From NCBI GenBank assembly GCA_048885865.1, contig JBHLLF010000050.1:1-17281 (forward strand): a DNA stretch of 17,281 nt, read 5' to 3'. This document shows positions 7,691-16,046 of the stretch, in pieces; position 1 is the stretch's first letter, and each line of letters begins with the position of its first letter. The notes below the pieces were generated by a model. It was not told where the DNA came from. It saw nothing but the letters and a program-made list of their open reading frames with translations, and did no database searches. The translations under genes and the position numbers were made by a program. The stretch is from Candidatus Hermodarchaeota archaeon. GTDB taxonomy: Archaea > Asgardarchaeota > Thorarchaeia > Thorarchaeales > Thorarchaeaceae.

Positions 7691-7822
7691 TCTCCTCCGT
7701 CAGTTGGTGACGGTGCTAGGCTTCCGTATGTAGCAGTTGGATATCAACTATTGCACGCCTTTGAGAAGATTTATCTCGGTACACAGTTAACAAATGTTAA
7801 GAAGAATCTGGAGAGGAATCTA

Positions 7823-8230
7823 ATGACAGACAAGTATCCAATCCCATACAGTAAGGAATCAGTCTACTTCCAGTATGACGTCAAGGACTTCAATCGAGCC
7901 AAGAAATTCTATGAAGAAATTCTAGGACTCGAGAAGACTTGGGACGGCGGGGAAGAAGTTGGTTGGATGGAGTTTGCTCTACCAATCACTGGTGCACGGC
8001 TGGGCCTAAACTATAAGCCAGAGGGAAAGATTGAGCGAGGATCTGGTACTCTCACACTTGTAGTGGATGACCTTGTGGTCACAAAGGAGTATCTGAAGAG
8101 TAAAGACATTGACTCAGACGAAATTGTGGACATCCCCGATATGGTCTCTTACTTCAACTTCGAGGACTCTGAGAGCAATCCTATTCAAGTCGTTTCTGAT
8201 CCCCGTGTGAAATCTGAGGAAGAGAAATGA
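7823..8230 (+). CDS. VOC/glyoxalase-bleomycin resistance family protein
   Basis: VKDFNRAKKFYEEILGL, WMEF, LVVDDL and FNFEDSESNPIQV. Start ATG 7823 follows GGAGAGG; the upstream extension to 7544 overlaps the antisense gene and is spurious. Confidence 0.88.
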   Translation: MTDKYPIPYSKESVYFQYDVKDFNRAKKFYEEILGLEKTWDGGEEVGWMEFALPITGARLGLNYKPEGKIERGSGTLTLVVDDLVVTKEYLKSKDIDSDEIVDIPDMVSYFNFEDSESNPIQVVSDPRVKSEEEK

Positions 8231-8718
8231 CTGATGAAATGGAGCCAATCGCGAAGGCATTGGTAAACCAGTATACGTCAGTATGGAAGATGCTGCAGAA
8301 CGCTATCACGGAAGTTCCTGATGAGAGATGGCATGACGGAGTGGGTCAATGGTACTTCTCACAGACTGCTTACCATATCATCGAAACAGCACAGTTCTAT
8401 CTTGGCAGTGACCCTGATGTAATGCAATGGGGCGCACGTGCTGGTATAGTCTGGGATGATGTCGAAGATATACAGAAGGAGTTTCTTCCTAAATTGACCA
8501 AGGAACTAGTCAACTCCTATCTGCAAGAGATTGGGCAAGAGTGGGATGATACTTTGAAACCAGCTTCTGATTCCAAGCTTCTTGAAACAGATGGCTTTCA
8601 TTGGTTCAGTTCCATACTTGACAAACTCATCTACCTCTTGAGGCACACCAACTACCATGTTGGCGAACTCAACCGGGCTCTCAGGGAGTGGGGTCTATCT
8701 CCTGCTAGATGGGGGTAA
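8227..8718 (+). CDS. DinB/YfiT-superfamily protein
   Basis: Four-helix pattern with His triad (AYHIIE ... RHTNYHVGEL); ATGA overlap with the VOC gene suggests translational coupling. Confidence 0.85.
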   Translation: MTDEMEPIAKALVNQYTSVWKMLQNAITEVPDERWHDGVGQWYFSQTAYHIIETAQFYLGSDPDVMQWGARAGIVWDDVEDIQKEFLPKLTKELVNSYLQEIGQEWDDTLKPASDSKLLETDGFHWFSSILDKLIYLLRHTNYHVGELNRALREWGLSPARWG

Positions 8719-8744
8719 AAGCACCGAGAGCCGCCATTGCTGAG

Positions 8745-10922
8745 TTAATTTCCCCGTCTTCTAGCGTTGAGTCGTTGTGCAAGAAGGAAAAGCACTACGG
8801 TAATCTCTATTCCGACCATTACTCCCAGCGCAAAGTCTGGTAGCCTGTACGACATCCACTCATCATTAGAAACTCTCGGGTCGTTCGGATTGTATCCGTT
8901 ATTCACTTCCCACACATCGGGTATACTATCGCCATCACTATCCACCAGATTTGGCGATGTGCCAGCAAGATATTCTTCGTAGTTCAATAGATTATCATTG
9001 TCGCGGTCCCCCATGGCGTCGTTGAACAATGGGTCAAGACCGTATTGAATCTCCCATGAATCGGGCATGCTATCGCCATCTGTGTCAGAGTTCCTTGGTG
9101 ATGTATCATGATAGTACTCTTCGATGTTAGTAAGAGAGTCCCCATCTGGATCTTCGAGAGAATCATCGGCAAGAGGGTCTAGTCCATATTCTACCTCCCA
9201 TTCATCTGACATCATATCATCATCAGAATCCTGATCGATTGGAGAGCACCCATTTAGATACTCATCGAGATTTGATAACCCATCCGAGTCAGCATCGCCA
9301 TTTGCATCATCAGCCAGCGGATCTAGGTCATATTGGTACTCCCACCCATCAGGCATGAGATCAAAATCAGTGTCGAATAGGTGTGGATTCGTACCTATCG
9401 CAATTTCGATACAGTCTGGGAGTAAGTCTTCGTCCGAATCTGAGAGGTCCATGAGTTTGAACGCAAATGCGTCTTCATTTCCGTTATGAGTTGCATCGGA
9501 GGCATTCGCCAATGGGAAGTCTGGGGAGAAGGTCCAGCCGGAAACGTAGATGTATCCATTATCATCGACACAAATGCCACCAGGCCCATCCGATTGACCC
9601 CCACCAACGAATGTAGAGAAGAGTGACTCGCCAAGGGGATTGAACTTGGTCACAAACACATCATAGACACCATTGAAGGTGTCATCGTAGGCGTTCAAGA
9701 CTGGGAAGTTTGTTGATGGCGTGCCTCCTATGACAAAGGCTTCACCCCGAGAGTTAACAGCAACATCCCTAGCCTGATCATAATCCCAGCCACCTATGTA
9801 GGTTGAAAAGTTCAGGTAATCGCCAGTCGGATTAAGCTTGGTAACAAAGCCATCATAGCCGCCCATCCTGTATTGATATGGATTCCTTGTTGGATAATCG
9901 TAAGAAATGGTCTCCCCAACAATCCATGCATAACCCTCCGTGTCTGCTGCTATTGAAAATGCTCCCTCAAGACTGGAGCCACCCAGGTACGTCGAATACT
10001 CCAGAGTTGACCCATCTGAGCTTATTTTGAAGGCTATCACATCCCAATCGTCACTGTATGTATAGTCATATGCACTCACTGTTGGGAAGTCTTCAGACTG
10101 AGTTGCGCCACACACATAGGCTTTACCAAGGGCATCCATGTCCACGCCATAGGCATGATCCCAATCTGAGCCTCCCACAAAGGTGGAGTAGACAATAGAA
10201 CCTGTCGATCTCAGCTTGGTGACAAAGCAGTCATCCAGTCCATTTTGTGTACTATCAATTGCATTTAACACGGGGAAATCGGTGGATTCGGTGGATCCGA
10301 CGACACAGACGACGCCGTCACTCGACACAGTTAGATCCTGTACCATATCCACAAGTGAGCCTCCAAGAAAGGTGGAATATTCCAGATCATCTCCAGCTGC
10401 ATTGAGCTTGCACACAAAACCATCCATCTGCTCGAGAGTGCCATCAAAGGCATTTACGGTTGGGAAATTTGCAGATGCGGTTGAACCAGCAATGTAGACG
10501 CAACCGCTTGAGTCTACTCCAATTCCTCCAATCAAGTCATCGTCATTACCGCCGATGAACGTCGAATAGACAATGCTTCCATTGGAATCCAACTTCACCA
10601 CAAAACAATCACTATTTCCGCCGTTCCACGAATCGTCATAGCCGCCTGCTGCAGGGAAATCACTGGAGAAGGTCGTACCTCCGACATAGACGTTGCCAGC
10701 ATCATCAAGGGCGAGATGATACGCTCTGTCTTCATCGGAGCCTCCAATAAATGTCGAGTAAGCAAGAACATCTTCAATAAACAGGGTGATATTCAGGTCC
10801 GATAAGGCTGTCTCAACTACTTCTACATGTCCGTCTTCTACATTTGTAGATGGACTCCCACATGTTCCCAGTCCAAGGAACATGCATATGAGGAGCAGGA
10901 ATGCCGATATTCGGAATCTCAA
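8745..10922 (-). CDS. Membrane-anchored surface protein: SBBP 7-bladed beta-propeller + thrombospondin type-3-like Ca-binding repeats
   Basis: N-terminal signal peptide, seven [YF]ST[FY][ILV]GG repeats, eight DxDxDxxx[DN] units, C-terminal TM helix and RRRGN tail. Confidence 0.9.
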   Translation of the reverse strand: MRFRISAFLLLICMFLGLGTCGSPSTNVEDGHVEVVETALSDLNITLFIEDVLAYSTFIGGSDEDRAYHLALDDAGNVYVGGTTFSSDFPAAGGYDDSWNGGNSDCFVVKLDSNGSIVYSTFIGGNDDDLIGGIGVDSSGCVYIAGSTASANFPTVNAFDGTLEQMDGFVCKLNAAGDDLEYSTFLGGSLVDMVQDLTVSSDGVVCVVGSTESTDFPVLNAIDSTQNGLDDCFVTKLRSTGSIVYSTFVGGSDWDHAYGVDMDALGKAYVCGATQSEDFPTVSAYDYTYSDDWDVIAFKISSDGSTLEYSTYLGGSSLEGAFSIAADTEGYAWIVGETISYDYPTRNPYQYRMGGYDGFVTKLNPTGDYLNFSTYIGGWDYDQARDVAVNSRGEAFVIGGTPSTNFPVLNAYDDTFNGVYDVFVTKFNPLGESLFSTFVGGGQSDGPGGICVDDNGYIYVSGWTFSPDFPLANASDATHNGNEDAFAFKLMDLSDSDEDLLPDCIEIAIGTNPHLFDTDFDLMPDGWEYQYDLDPLADDANGDADSDGLSNLDEYLNGCSPIDQDSDDDMMSDEWEVEYGLDPLADDSLEDPDGDSLTNIEEYYHDTSPRNSDTDGDSMPDSWEIQYGLDPLFNDAMGDRDNDNLLNYEEYLAGTSPNLVDSDGDSIPDVWEVNNGYNPNDPRVSNDEWMSYRLPDFALGVMVGIEITVVLFLLAQRLNARRRGN

Positions 10923-10983
10923 GCCTCTTACACCACGACCTGGCTCCTGAGCCTAGATGATAATTCACATCTGGGCATATATG

Positions 10984-11265
10984 TTATGCTAGACAATTTT
11001 CCACTTGCCAGAAAAGTATGGAGCCGCTATCTAAAGAGCTAATTGGTGGATTGATCCACACATAGTACAGGGTGAATAGAAGCAAGGATAGAAGAACGCC
11101 AATCGTAAGTATCAATGCATACTCCCCGAGGAAGCCTCCCGCCATTTGGATCAATATGAGGATGAATCCGAGAGTCAGGTATACATAGAGTAGATCGTAG
11201 CACATTCGCTTGGGAGGCCCCCATCTCTCAGCGTTGGTTGGGTCCCCTGATTCAATCATCTTCAC
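10984..11265 (-). CDS. Small hypothetical two-TM membrane protein
   Basis: 93-aa ORF with two clear hydrophobic helices, co-oriented with neighbours; start uncertain. Confidence 0.55.
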   Translation of the reverse strand: MKMIESGDPTNAERWGPPKRMCYDLLYVYLTLGFILILIQMAGGFLGEYALILTIGVLLSLLLFTLYYVWINPPISSLDSGSILFWQVENCLA

Positions 11266-11428
11266 AACTCACTACAAACTCGTCAGCTATCTTGTCTTTC
11301 GAAAGATGGATGACTTCTCATACTCTTCCTAATCCCTCCTAGGCCATTAGAGTATTTGGGATAGCCCGCCGCAAAGGTATATCGCGAAAATGAGCCTAAT
11401 GGGCCTTGATATGACGCTAACCACTTCA

Positions 11429-12415
11429 TTAGCTTCTCGTTAGTTTCTTGAATTCAGGATTATCCTTAAACTTCTTGAAAACAGCATCAGCTCCTGCAAT
11501 AGCCCTGTAGTTGTAATCAAGGGTGATCAACCACTCGAGAGCACTTAGAGCCTCTTTCACTCGTCCCAGTTCTGCTAGGCAACATGCTCTTCTATAGGCT
11601 GCCTTTGTATTATTGGAGTCAATTCTGAAACACTTCTCAAATTTGTCGACAGCATCATCGTATCTTTCACCCTTGTATAGCATTTCTCCGTAATAATACC
11701 ACACTCTCGCATCATCTGGAGCAATCTCTGCAGCCTTTTCGAGTCTACTGAACCCTTCCTCTTCTCTTCCTAAATTAAGAAGGCTAGCACCAAGTGCAAG
11801 TTGAACCATGAGCTTGTTCGGATCAAGTTGCACAATGCGCTCATAGACGCTTACAGCCTCCTCTGTTCTTCCCAGTTGAGTAAGACAAAAAGCCTTGTTC
11901 TCCAAAACAGCAGGCTCTATTTTTCTTGTGCCTAATACATCACCCACTTCTTCAGCCACCTTGTCCAATTCAGGTGCCTTTCTAAGTGCAATATCCATTG
12001 CTCTTATCGCATATTCGTACTCTTTATTCTGCATCAGTCTATCTGCCAATTCCAGGGCCTTTGGCACATCATCCAGAACTGATGCAACCATCATTGCTTT
12101 GATCTTCGCTGCATCTCTGTGATATGCGTCTATGTTCTGCAACGCAGCTGCCTTCTGAAAGGATACCAATGCTTCATCCATTCTTACAAGGTGTCTGTAG
12201 AGCATTCCCAGATGATACCAAACGTGCCAATTATCCGGGACTTTCTGACTAGCCTTGGCCAATTCCCTCTCAGCCTCTTCATACTTCTCCTTCTGGATGA
12301 GCTTGACTCCACGTTTAGCATGCTTGTCGGATTTGCCCTCTTTCAGGAATTGCTCTTCTCCCTCTCTAGATAGTCTAATCATCTCATCAGCGATTTTCTC
12401 AAATTCCTCCGCCAT
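11429..12415 (-). CDS. Tetratricopeptide repeat protein
   Basis: Multiple TPR motifs (WYHLGMLY...A, LENKAFCL..LGR.EEA, WYYYGEML) and a terminal YRRACCLAELG...D..FKKF.DNPEF..L capping motif. Confidence 0.9.
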   Translation of the reverse strand: MAEEFEKIADEMIRLSREGEEQFLKEGKSDKHAKRGVKLIQKEKYEEAERELAKASQKVPDNWHVWYHLGMLYRHLVRMDEALVSFQKAAALQNIDAYHRDAAKIKAMMVASVLDDVPKALELADRLMQNKEYEYAIRAMDIALRKAPELDKVAEEVGDVLGTRKIEPAVLENKAFCLTQLGRTEEAVSVYERIVQLDPNKLMVQLALGASLLNLGREEEGFSRLEKAAEIAPDDARVWYYYGEMLYKGERYDDAVDKFEKCFRIDSNNTKAAYRRACCLAELGRVKEALSALEWLITLDYNYRAIAGADAVFKKFKDNPEFKKLTRS

Positions 12416-12578
12416 AGCCTAACCCTTTCCTGCTAATGCCCTCAACAGCTCTGCTTTCTTATCTCTCTTGTGAGAATCTTGAAACCAAAGGCAACAACAC
12501 CAAACCATCCTATCTGCATCTGCCAGCCTCACCATCCTAGGCCATAATCCTGGGCTCGTAGCTTTGATGAGAGGACGA

Positions 12579-12629
12579 GAGATTTGCGCTGGGCGGGCAC
12601 GTGAAAAGCCCGCAAGCTGGCACATTTTC
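12579..12629 (-). repeat. 51-nt hairpin-forming intergenic element, family 2, copy 1
   Basis: 43/51 identical, ungapped, to 15799-15849; stem GCGGGC/GCCCGC. Confidence 0.8.
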
Positions 12630-12649
12630 ATTTTGACTAAATGATGCTG

Positions 12650-12830
12650 AAGAACAATTAAGCTAGTTACTCTGGAGTCTATTAGGAACCAGAAGCGCTA
12701 AACCGGATATTGATGGTGCATATGTTGTCAGTCAAGATGTTGGATGTTGCAGAGATGAGATAGACGTCGTCATTGTTTCTCAATCAAGTATCGGCGATTA
12801 ATGTGTTGAAGCTTGAGAGCCTTAGTCCTC
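12650..12830 (-). pseudogene. Decayed parallel beta-helix (NosD/PbH1-like) gene fragment
   Basis: Minus frame reads GLRLSSFNTLIADT*LRNNDDVYLISATSNILTDNICTIN..SASGS, then after a frameshift NRLQSN*LNC. The Asn-ladder periodicity resembles the neighbouring beta-helix protein. In-frame TGA at 12784-12786. Confidence 0.4.
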
Positions 12831-12932
12831 TTGATCCGCGTTCATCTGCAGAGGATTTGATATGTTGACGAGTAAGAGGCAGAACTGATTTCCATAGGAG
12901 CATGGCAACACACCGCTTTGAATAGTTCCCAT

Positions 12933-12962
12933 AAAAAAAAAGGATGCCCCCAAGCGGGGGCA
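12933..12962 (-). terminator. Hairpin + U-tract terminator of the beta-helix surface protein gene
   Basis: Minus strand UGCCCCC-GCUU-GGGGGCA-UCC-U9, starting 10 nt after the stop codon at 12973. Confidence 0.8.
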
Positions 12963-12972
12963 AGTCTATTCT

Positions 12973-15084
12973 TCATTGACTTCGCTTTCTTAGGACGACT
13001 ATTACTATGACAATGACCACTCCACCCAAACCCAAAACAAGAATGAGTGTCATGTCAGGAGGGGGCGGTGGCGGCGGAGTCGTCGTTGTTGGTGGAGTAG
13101 TACCTGCTGGTGTAATGACAAGCAATACAGTATCGGTGGTGATGTGATAGCCATCTGTGACCACAACTGTGTAGTTGTAGGTTCCCGGTGCCATCCCCAT
13201 AATGGCATAGTTGAAGTTTATGATATTTCCAATTGGAACTCCACCCTCCTGGACTTCATCTCCATTCTCATAGATGACATAGGTCATGGGGCTTGCATCA
13301 ATGACCATCCAGCTAATGGCACCACTAGCATCTGCTCCCTCTATGAATTCTAAGTCTTCAGGATGACTGATTGAAGGCGGGATTGTATCAGCGACGGTGA
13401 CGGTGAAGATTGCTGACACATATTTGTCCTCAGGGTCGTAGGCTCTCACTTCGATTCCATGGATTCCTACTGGTGGATTCGCTGCATATAATACGCCTGT
13501 ATTAGGGTTGATGCTAAAGTATGTTGTTGCATTTGTCCAGTACCGATCAATACCCCAGGCATCAGATGCATTTAGATCATAGCTGAAGGTTTGGCCAAAT
13601 TCGTGGAATTGATCAGTTGGTTCTTCATCCCATGTTGGTATGAGTGTATCATTGATATCTATCCTGAAAGTAGCTGATATTGTGAAGCTATAGATATTCC
13701 TAGCCCATACTGTAAGAGGCAGATCATATTGCGTAACAAACACAGTTGCGTTCGTGATCACGCCATTAGAGTCAACTGAAAACCACGATGCAAAAGCACC
13801 AGATAACCACCAGTAGATTGGCTCTGGCGCCGTGCAGTTGAGATCGTACCTGAAGGCATATCCAAGCTCCAGATGCTGATCTGTAGGAGCAGGAGTCCAA
13901 GTTGTGGAATACCTTGGGGTTGAAGGAGTCATCAGGGGATGTGTGTCTTCGTTATTTGCAGTTCCCGAAACCGGGTGTGGGGTATCACCAATTCCATCCC
14001 CGTTTGCATCCGAACCGATATAGTCAGACCAGTAATTTGTACCAAAGAATGTGTCCGTTCCATTATCCTCAGCGTTCAATGTGTTGCCATCGAAGAAGTT
14101 TCCGACAAACCAGTTCCTATCAGAATCAGCAACGACCAAGACACCGAAGTTATTTCCGGAAACTGTGTTATTCTCGAAGAGACAGTCATCAGGTTGGTCA
14201 ACATTGACACCAGTGCTGCCGTTGGCTATTGTGTTGTTAGCAATTGTTTGAGAATTGCCGCCGTATACACTAAGTCCAGTGTCACATTCACTGAATGTGT
14301 TGTTGAAAACCAATGCATCAACGCATACAGCCATTCTCATTCCAATTGTGTTATTAGCCAGGTTGTTATTCTCAATCACAAGATTAGGGCCTTCGAAATA
14401 CATGCCTAGTTCTGAATGAGTGCTTGTATTATTTTCAAACCATCCAGTGTCAATTTCGTTCATCCACATATTGAATTGACTACCGTTCAAGATATTATGC
14501 CTAACAATGATATCGCCACCATAGTTTTGGGTGATACAATCGCCAATGCCATTGATATTATTGCTCAACACCTCGATGTTGTAACTATCCTGCAAACCTA
14601 TGCCATATTGGCTGGATGTTATGTTATTCGCTTGGATAGTGATATCTGTGCAATTGTTGATGAAAATGGATTGCCAGTTGTCATATATCGCATTATCGAA
14701 GATTTCAGCATTAGACACATTGTAGAGAAATATCGCATCATTCCCAAATCCACTCTGGTGAAGAGTGCAGTTCTTAATGATGAAATGCTTGCGGGTATTT
14801 TGTATGCTGATTAGGTCTGTGCTAACACCAGTTATATTGAAGTCCTCGATACGATAGGGATTTCCAGGCGAGCCGTCGCCTCCAAAGCCCAATATTGCGA
14901 AGTCATCATCATTTGTTATAGCAATCGTTGGGTCCTCACTGATGTAATGTTCCTTAGCCTGCACGGAGGGAGTTTCGATGTTATCACTCTGAGTAACAAT
15001 GCTGCTCAGAGAAGTTGTTGAGATGAATAGAGGAAGGACCAACAGGAGTACCATAACAAATAGCCACGATTTTCGTGCAATCAT
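12973..15084 (-). CDS. Membrane-anchored surface protein: right-handed beta-helix (NosD-like) + two cadherin/Ig-like + one Ig-like domain
   Basis: Start ATG 15084 after GGAGGAG, then signal peptide, GDGSPGNPYRIE, many I.NN repeats and NYWSDY...DANGDGIGDTP. Two PTDQ..E.G..F.YDLN repeats, a Thr/Pro linker with P7, a TM helix and RKRSQ tail follow. Many N-x-S/T sequons. Confidence 0.9.
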   Translation of the reverse strand: MIARKSWLFVMVLLLVLPLFISTTSLSSIVTQSDNIETPSVQAKEHYISEDPTIAITNDDDFAILGFGGDGSPGNPYRIEDFNITGVSTDLISIQNTRKHFIIKNCTLHQSGFGNDAIFLYNVSNAEIFDNAIYDNWQSIFINNCTDITIQANNITSSQYGIGLQDSYNIEVLSNNINGIGDCITQNYGGDIIVRHNILNGSQFNMWMNEIDTGWFENNTSTHSELGMYFEGPNLVIENNNLANNTIGMRMAVCVDALVFNNTFSECDTGLSVYGGNSQTIANNTIANGSTGVNVDQPDDCLFENNTVSGNNFGVLVVADSDRNWFVGNFFDGNTLNAEDNGTDTFFGTNYWSDYIGSDANGDGIGDTPHPVSGTANNEDTHPLMTPSTPRYSTTWTPAPTDQHLELGYAFRYDLNCTAPEPIYWWLSGAFASWFSVDSNGVITNATVFVTQYDLPLTVWARNIYSFTISATFRIDINDTLIPTWDEEPTDQFHEFGQTFSYDLNASDAWGIDRYWTNATTYFSINPNTGVLYAANPPVGIHGIEVRAYDPEDKYVSAIFTVTVADTIPPSISHPEDLEFIEGADASGAISWMVIDASPMTYVIYENGDEVQEGGVPIGNIINFNYAIMGMAPGTYNYTVVVTDGYHITTDTVLLVITPAGTTPPTTTTPPPPPPPDMTLILVLGLGGVVIVIVIVVLRKRSQ

Positions 15085-15120
15085 CTCTTCTCCTCCTTGC
15101 GTAGTGTTGTGCCATAGACT

Positions 15121-15534
15121 ATGGATGAGCTGGATATTGAATCTTGTGAACCTCCATCTTCCCACTGTCCTCAAGGCCTAAATCTAACTCGAGGATATTG
15201 TGGTCCACAACAGATTGCCAGCTTCCAATGGACTCCAACTGATCTGTATCCTGCAAGCTATATGATACTGCTTGACAATGAGCTCCTATCTTCTGGTGAA
15301 TGGAATACAAGTGGCGAGTCAATTCAAATCTCAGTTGATGGCTTAGCGGCAGGGACTTACACATATAATCTGACAGCTATCGATCAGAGTGAAAACTCCG
15401 CTTTTGACCTAGTGACTGTGATTGTTCTACCTAGGCCCATCCTAAGTCCAGACAACATGATAATAATCCTCATGATTGGTGGAGTTGCAGTGGTAGTAAT
15501 AGTGGGGTCGATTGTCTGTAGATCAAGGAGGTAA
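15121..15534 (+). pseudogene. Stand-alone or 5'-truncated Ig-like domain + TM anchor of a surface protein
   Basis: WTPTDLYPASYMILLD...SVDGLAAGTYTYNLTAID...D.V.V.V aligns with the last domain of the 12973-15084 protein. TM + RSRR tail but no signal peptide; starts only 36 nt from the divergent gene. Confidence 0.65.
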
Positions 15535-15630
15535 AACGGAAACATCTGCAATATCATGCCATGACACTACACATCTTCTAAAGCTCTAATTGGTCGTTCA
15601 ATCCCACAGTTTCATAAAGACCTACCTCGA

Positions 15631-15706
15631 TCTTCATTGTGCACACCCGATAGTGAAGGCAGGACTGGGCCTGCGCTCCGGTTATTTGAGACGCCGATCA
15701 TCGAGA
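15631..15706 (-). repeat. 76-nt structured leader-like element, family 1, copy A
   Basis: 68/76 identical, ungapped, to 17100-17175. Ends in ATGAAGA, which starts a 19-aa ORF (15637-15578, MKIEVGLYETVGLNDQLEL). Confidence 0.85.
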
Positions 15707-15798
15707 ATGCATCCATCAATGTGGGAACGTGATTGATGAATTTGGGAGAGCTCAAAATGCCTACTCTTCAAAGCTGGAATAAGATGTAGTTGTTGCAG

Positions 15799-15849
15799 GA
15801 GATGTGCGCTGCGCGAGCGCGTGACAGGCCCACAAGCTGCCACATTTTC
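15799..15849 (-). repeat. 51-nt hairpin-forming intergenic element, family 2, copy 2
   Basis: 43/51 identical to 12579-12629; minus-strand stem GUGGGC/GCUCGC, closed by GCU/AGC and AUGUG/CACAU. Confidence 0.8.
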
Positions 15850-16046
15850 TTCTTTCTGAATTCTCATTCTGCATATCTACTATTTCTAAGATCACTGTCA
15901 TCAGCCAGAATGTCATAGATTGATGTGCTGTCTAGACCAGCGGTTTCTGAAGATAGAGCCGCAAAACCATCCTTCAAACTTCCATTTCATCTGAAGAGCA
16001 ACCATTTGAGCATCGGGCTCTGTAATATGCGATTGTAAGATTTGGT

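Noticed and set aside
7544-7822. 93-aa N-terminal extension of the VOC protein
   Set aside because: Antisense to a well-supported small membrane gene; an SD supports ATG 7823.
12417-12560. Integron attC site (GCCTAAC = RYYYAAC next to the TPR start codon)
   Set aside because: No matching GTTRRRY or L boxes within attC distance, no repetition at other gene boundaries, and no integrase.
12876-12887. GAGGCAGRACTG-like word recurring at 3475, 12876 and within family-1 copies
   Set aside because: Short and imperfect; plausible by chance in 17 kb, with no flanking similarity.
13939-14814. Long antisense ORFs (13939-14409, 14416-14814) and similar shadow ORFs elsewhere
   Set aside because: They lie opposite confident genes, have no recognisable motifs, and are explained by codon bias of the sense strand.
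15631-15706. Family-1 element as a pistol, hammerhead or HDV ribozyme, or a fluoride or TPP riboswitch
   Set aside because: Only short words match (AAAUA, GGCCCAG, GAUGA); the required pseudoknot partners and core motifs are absent.
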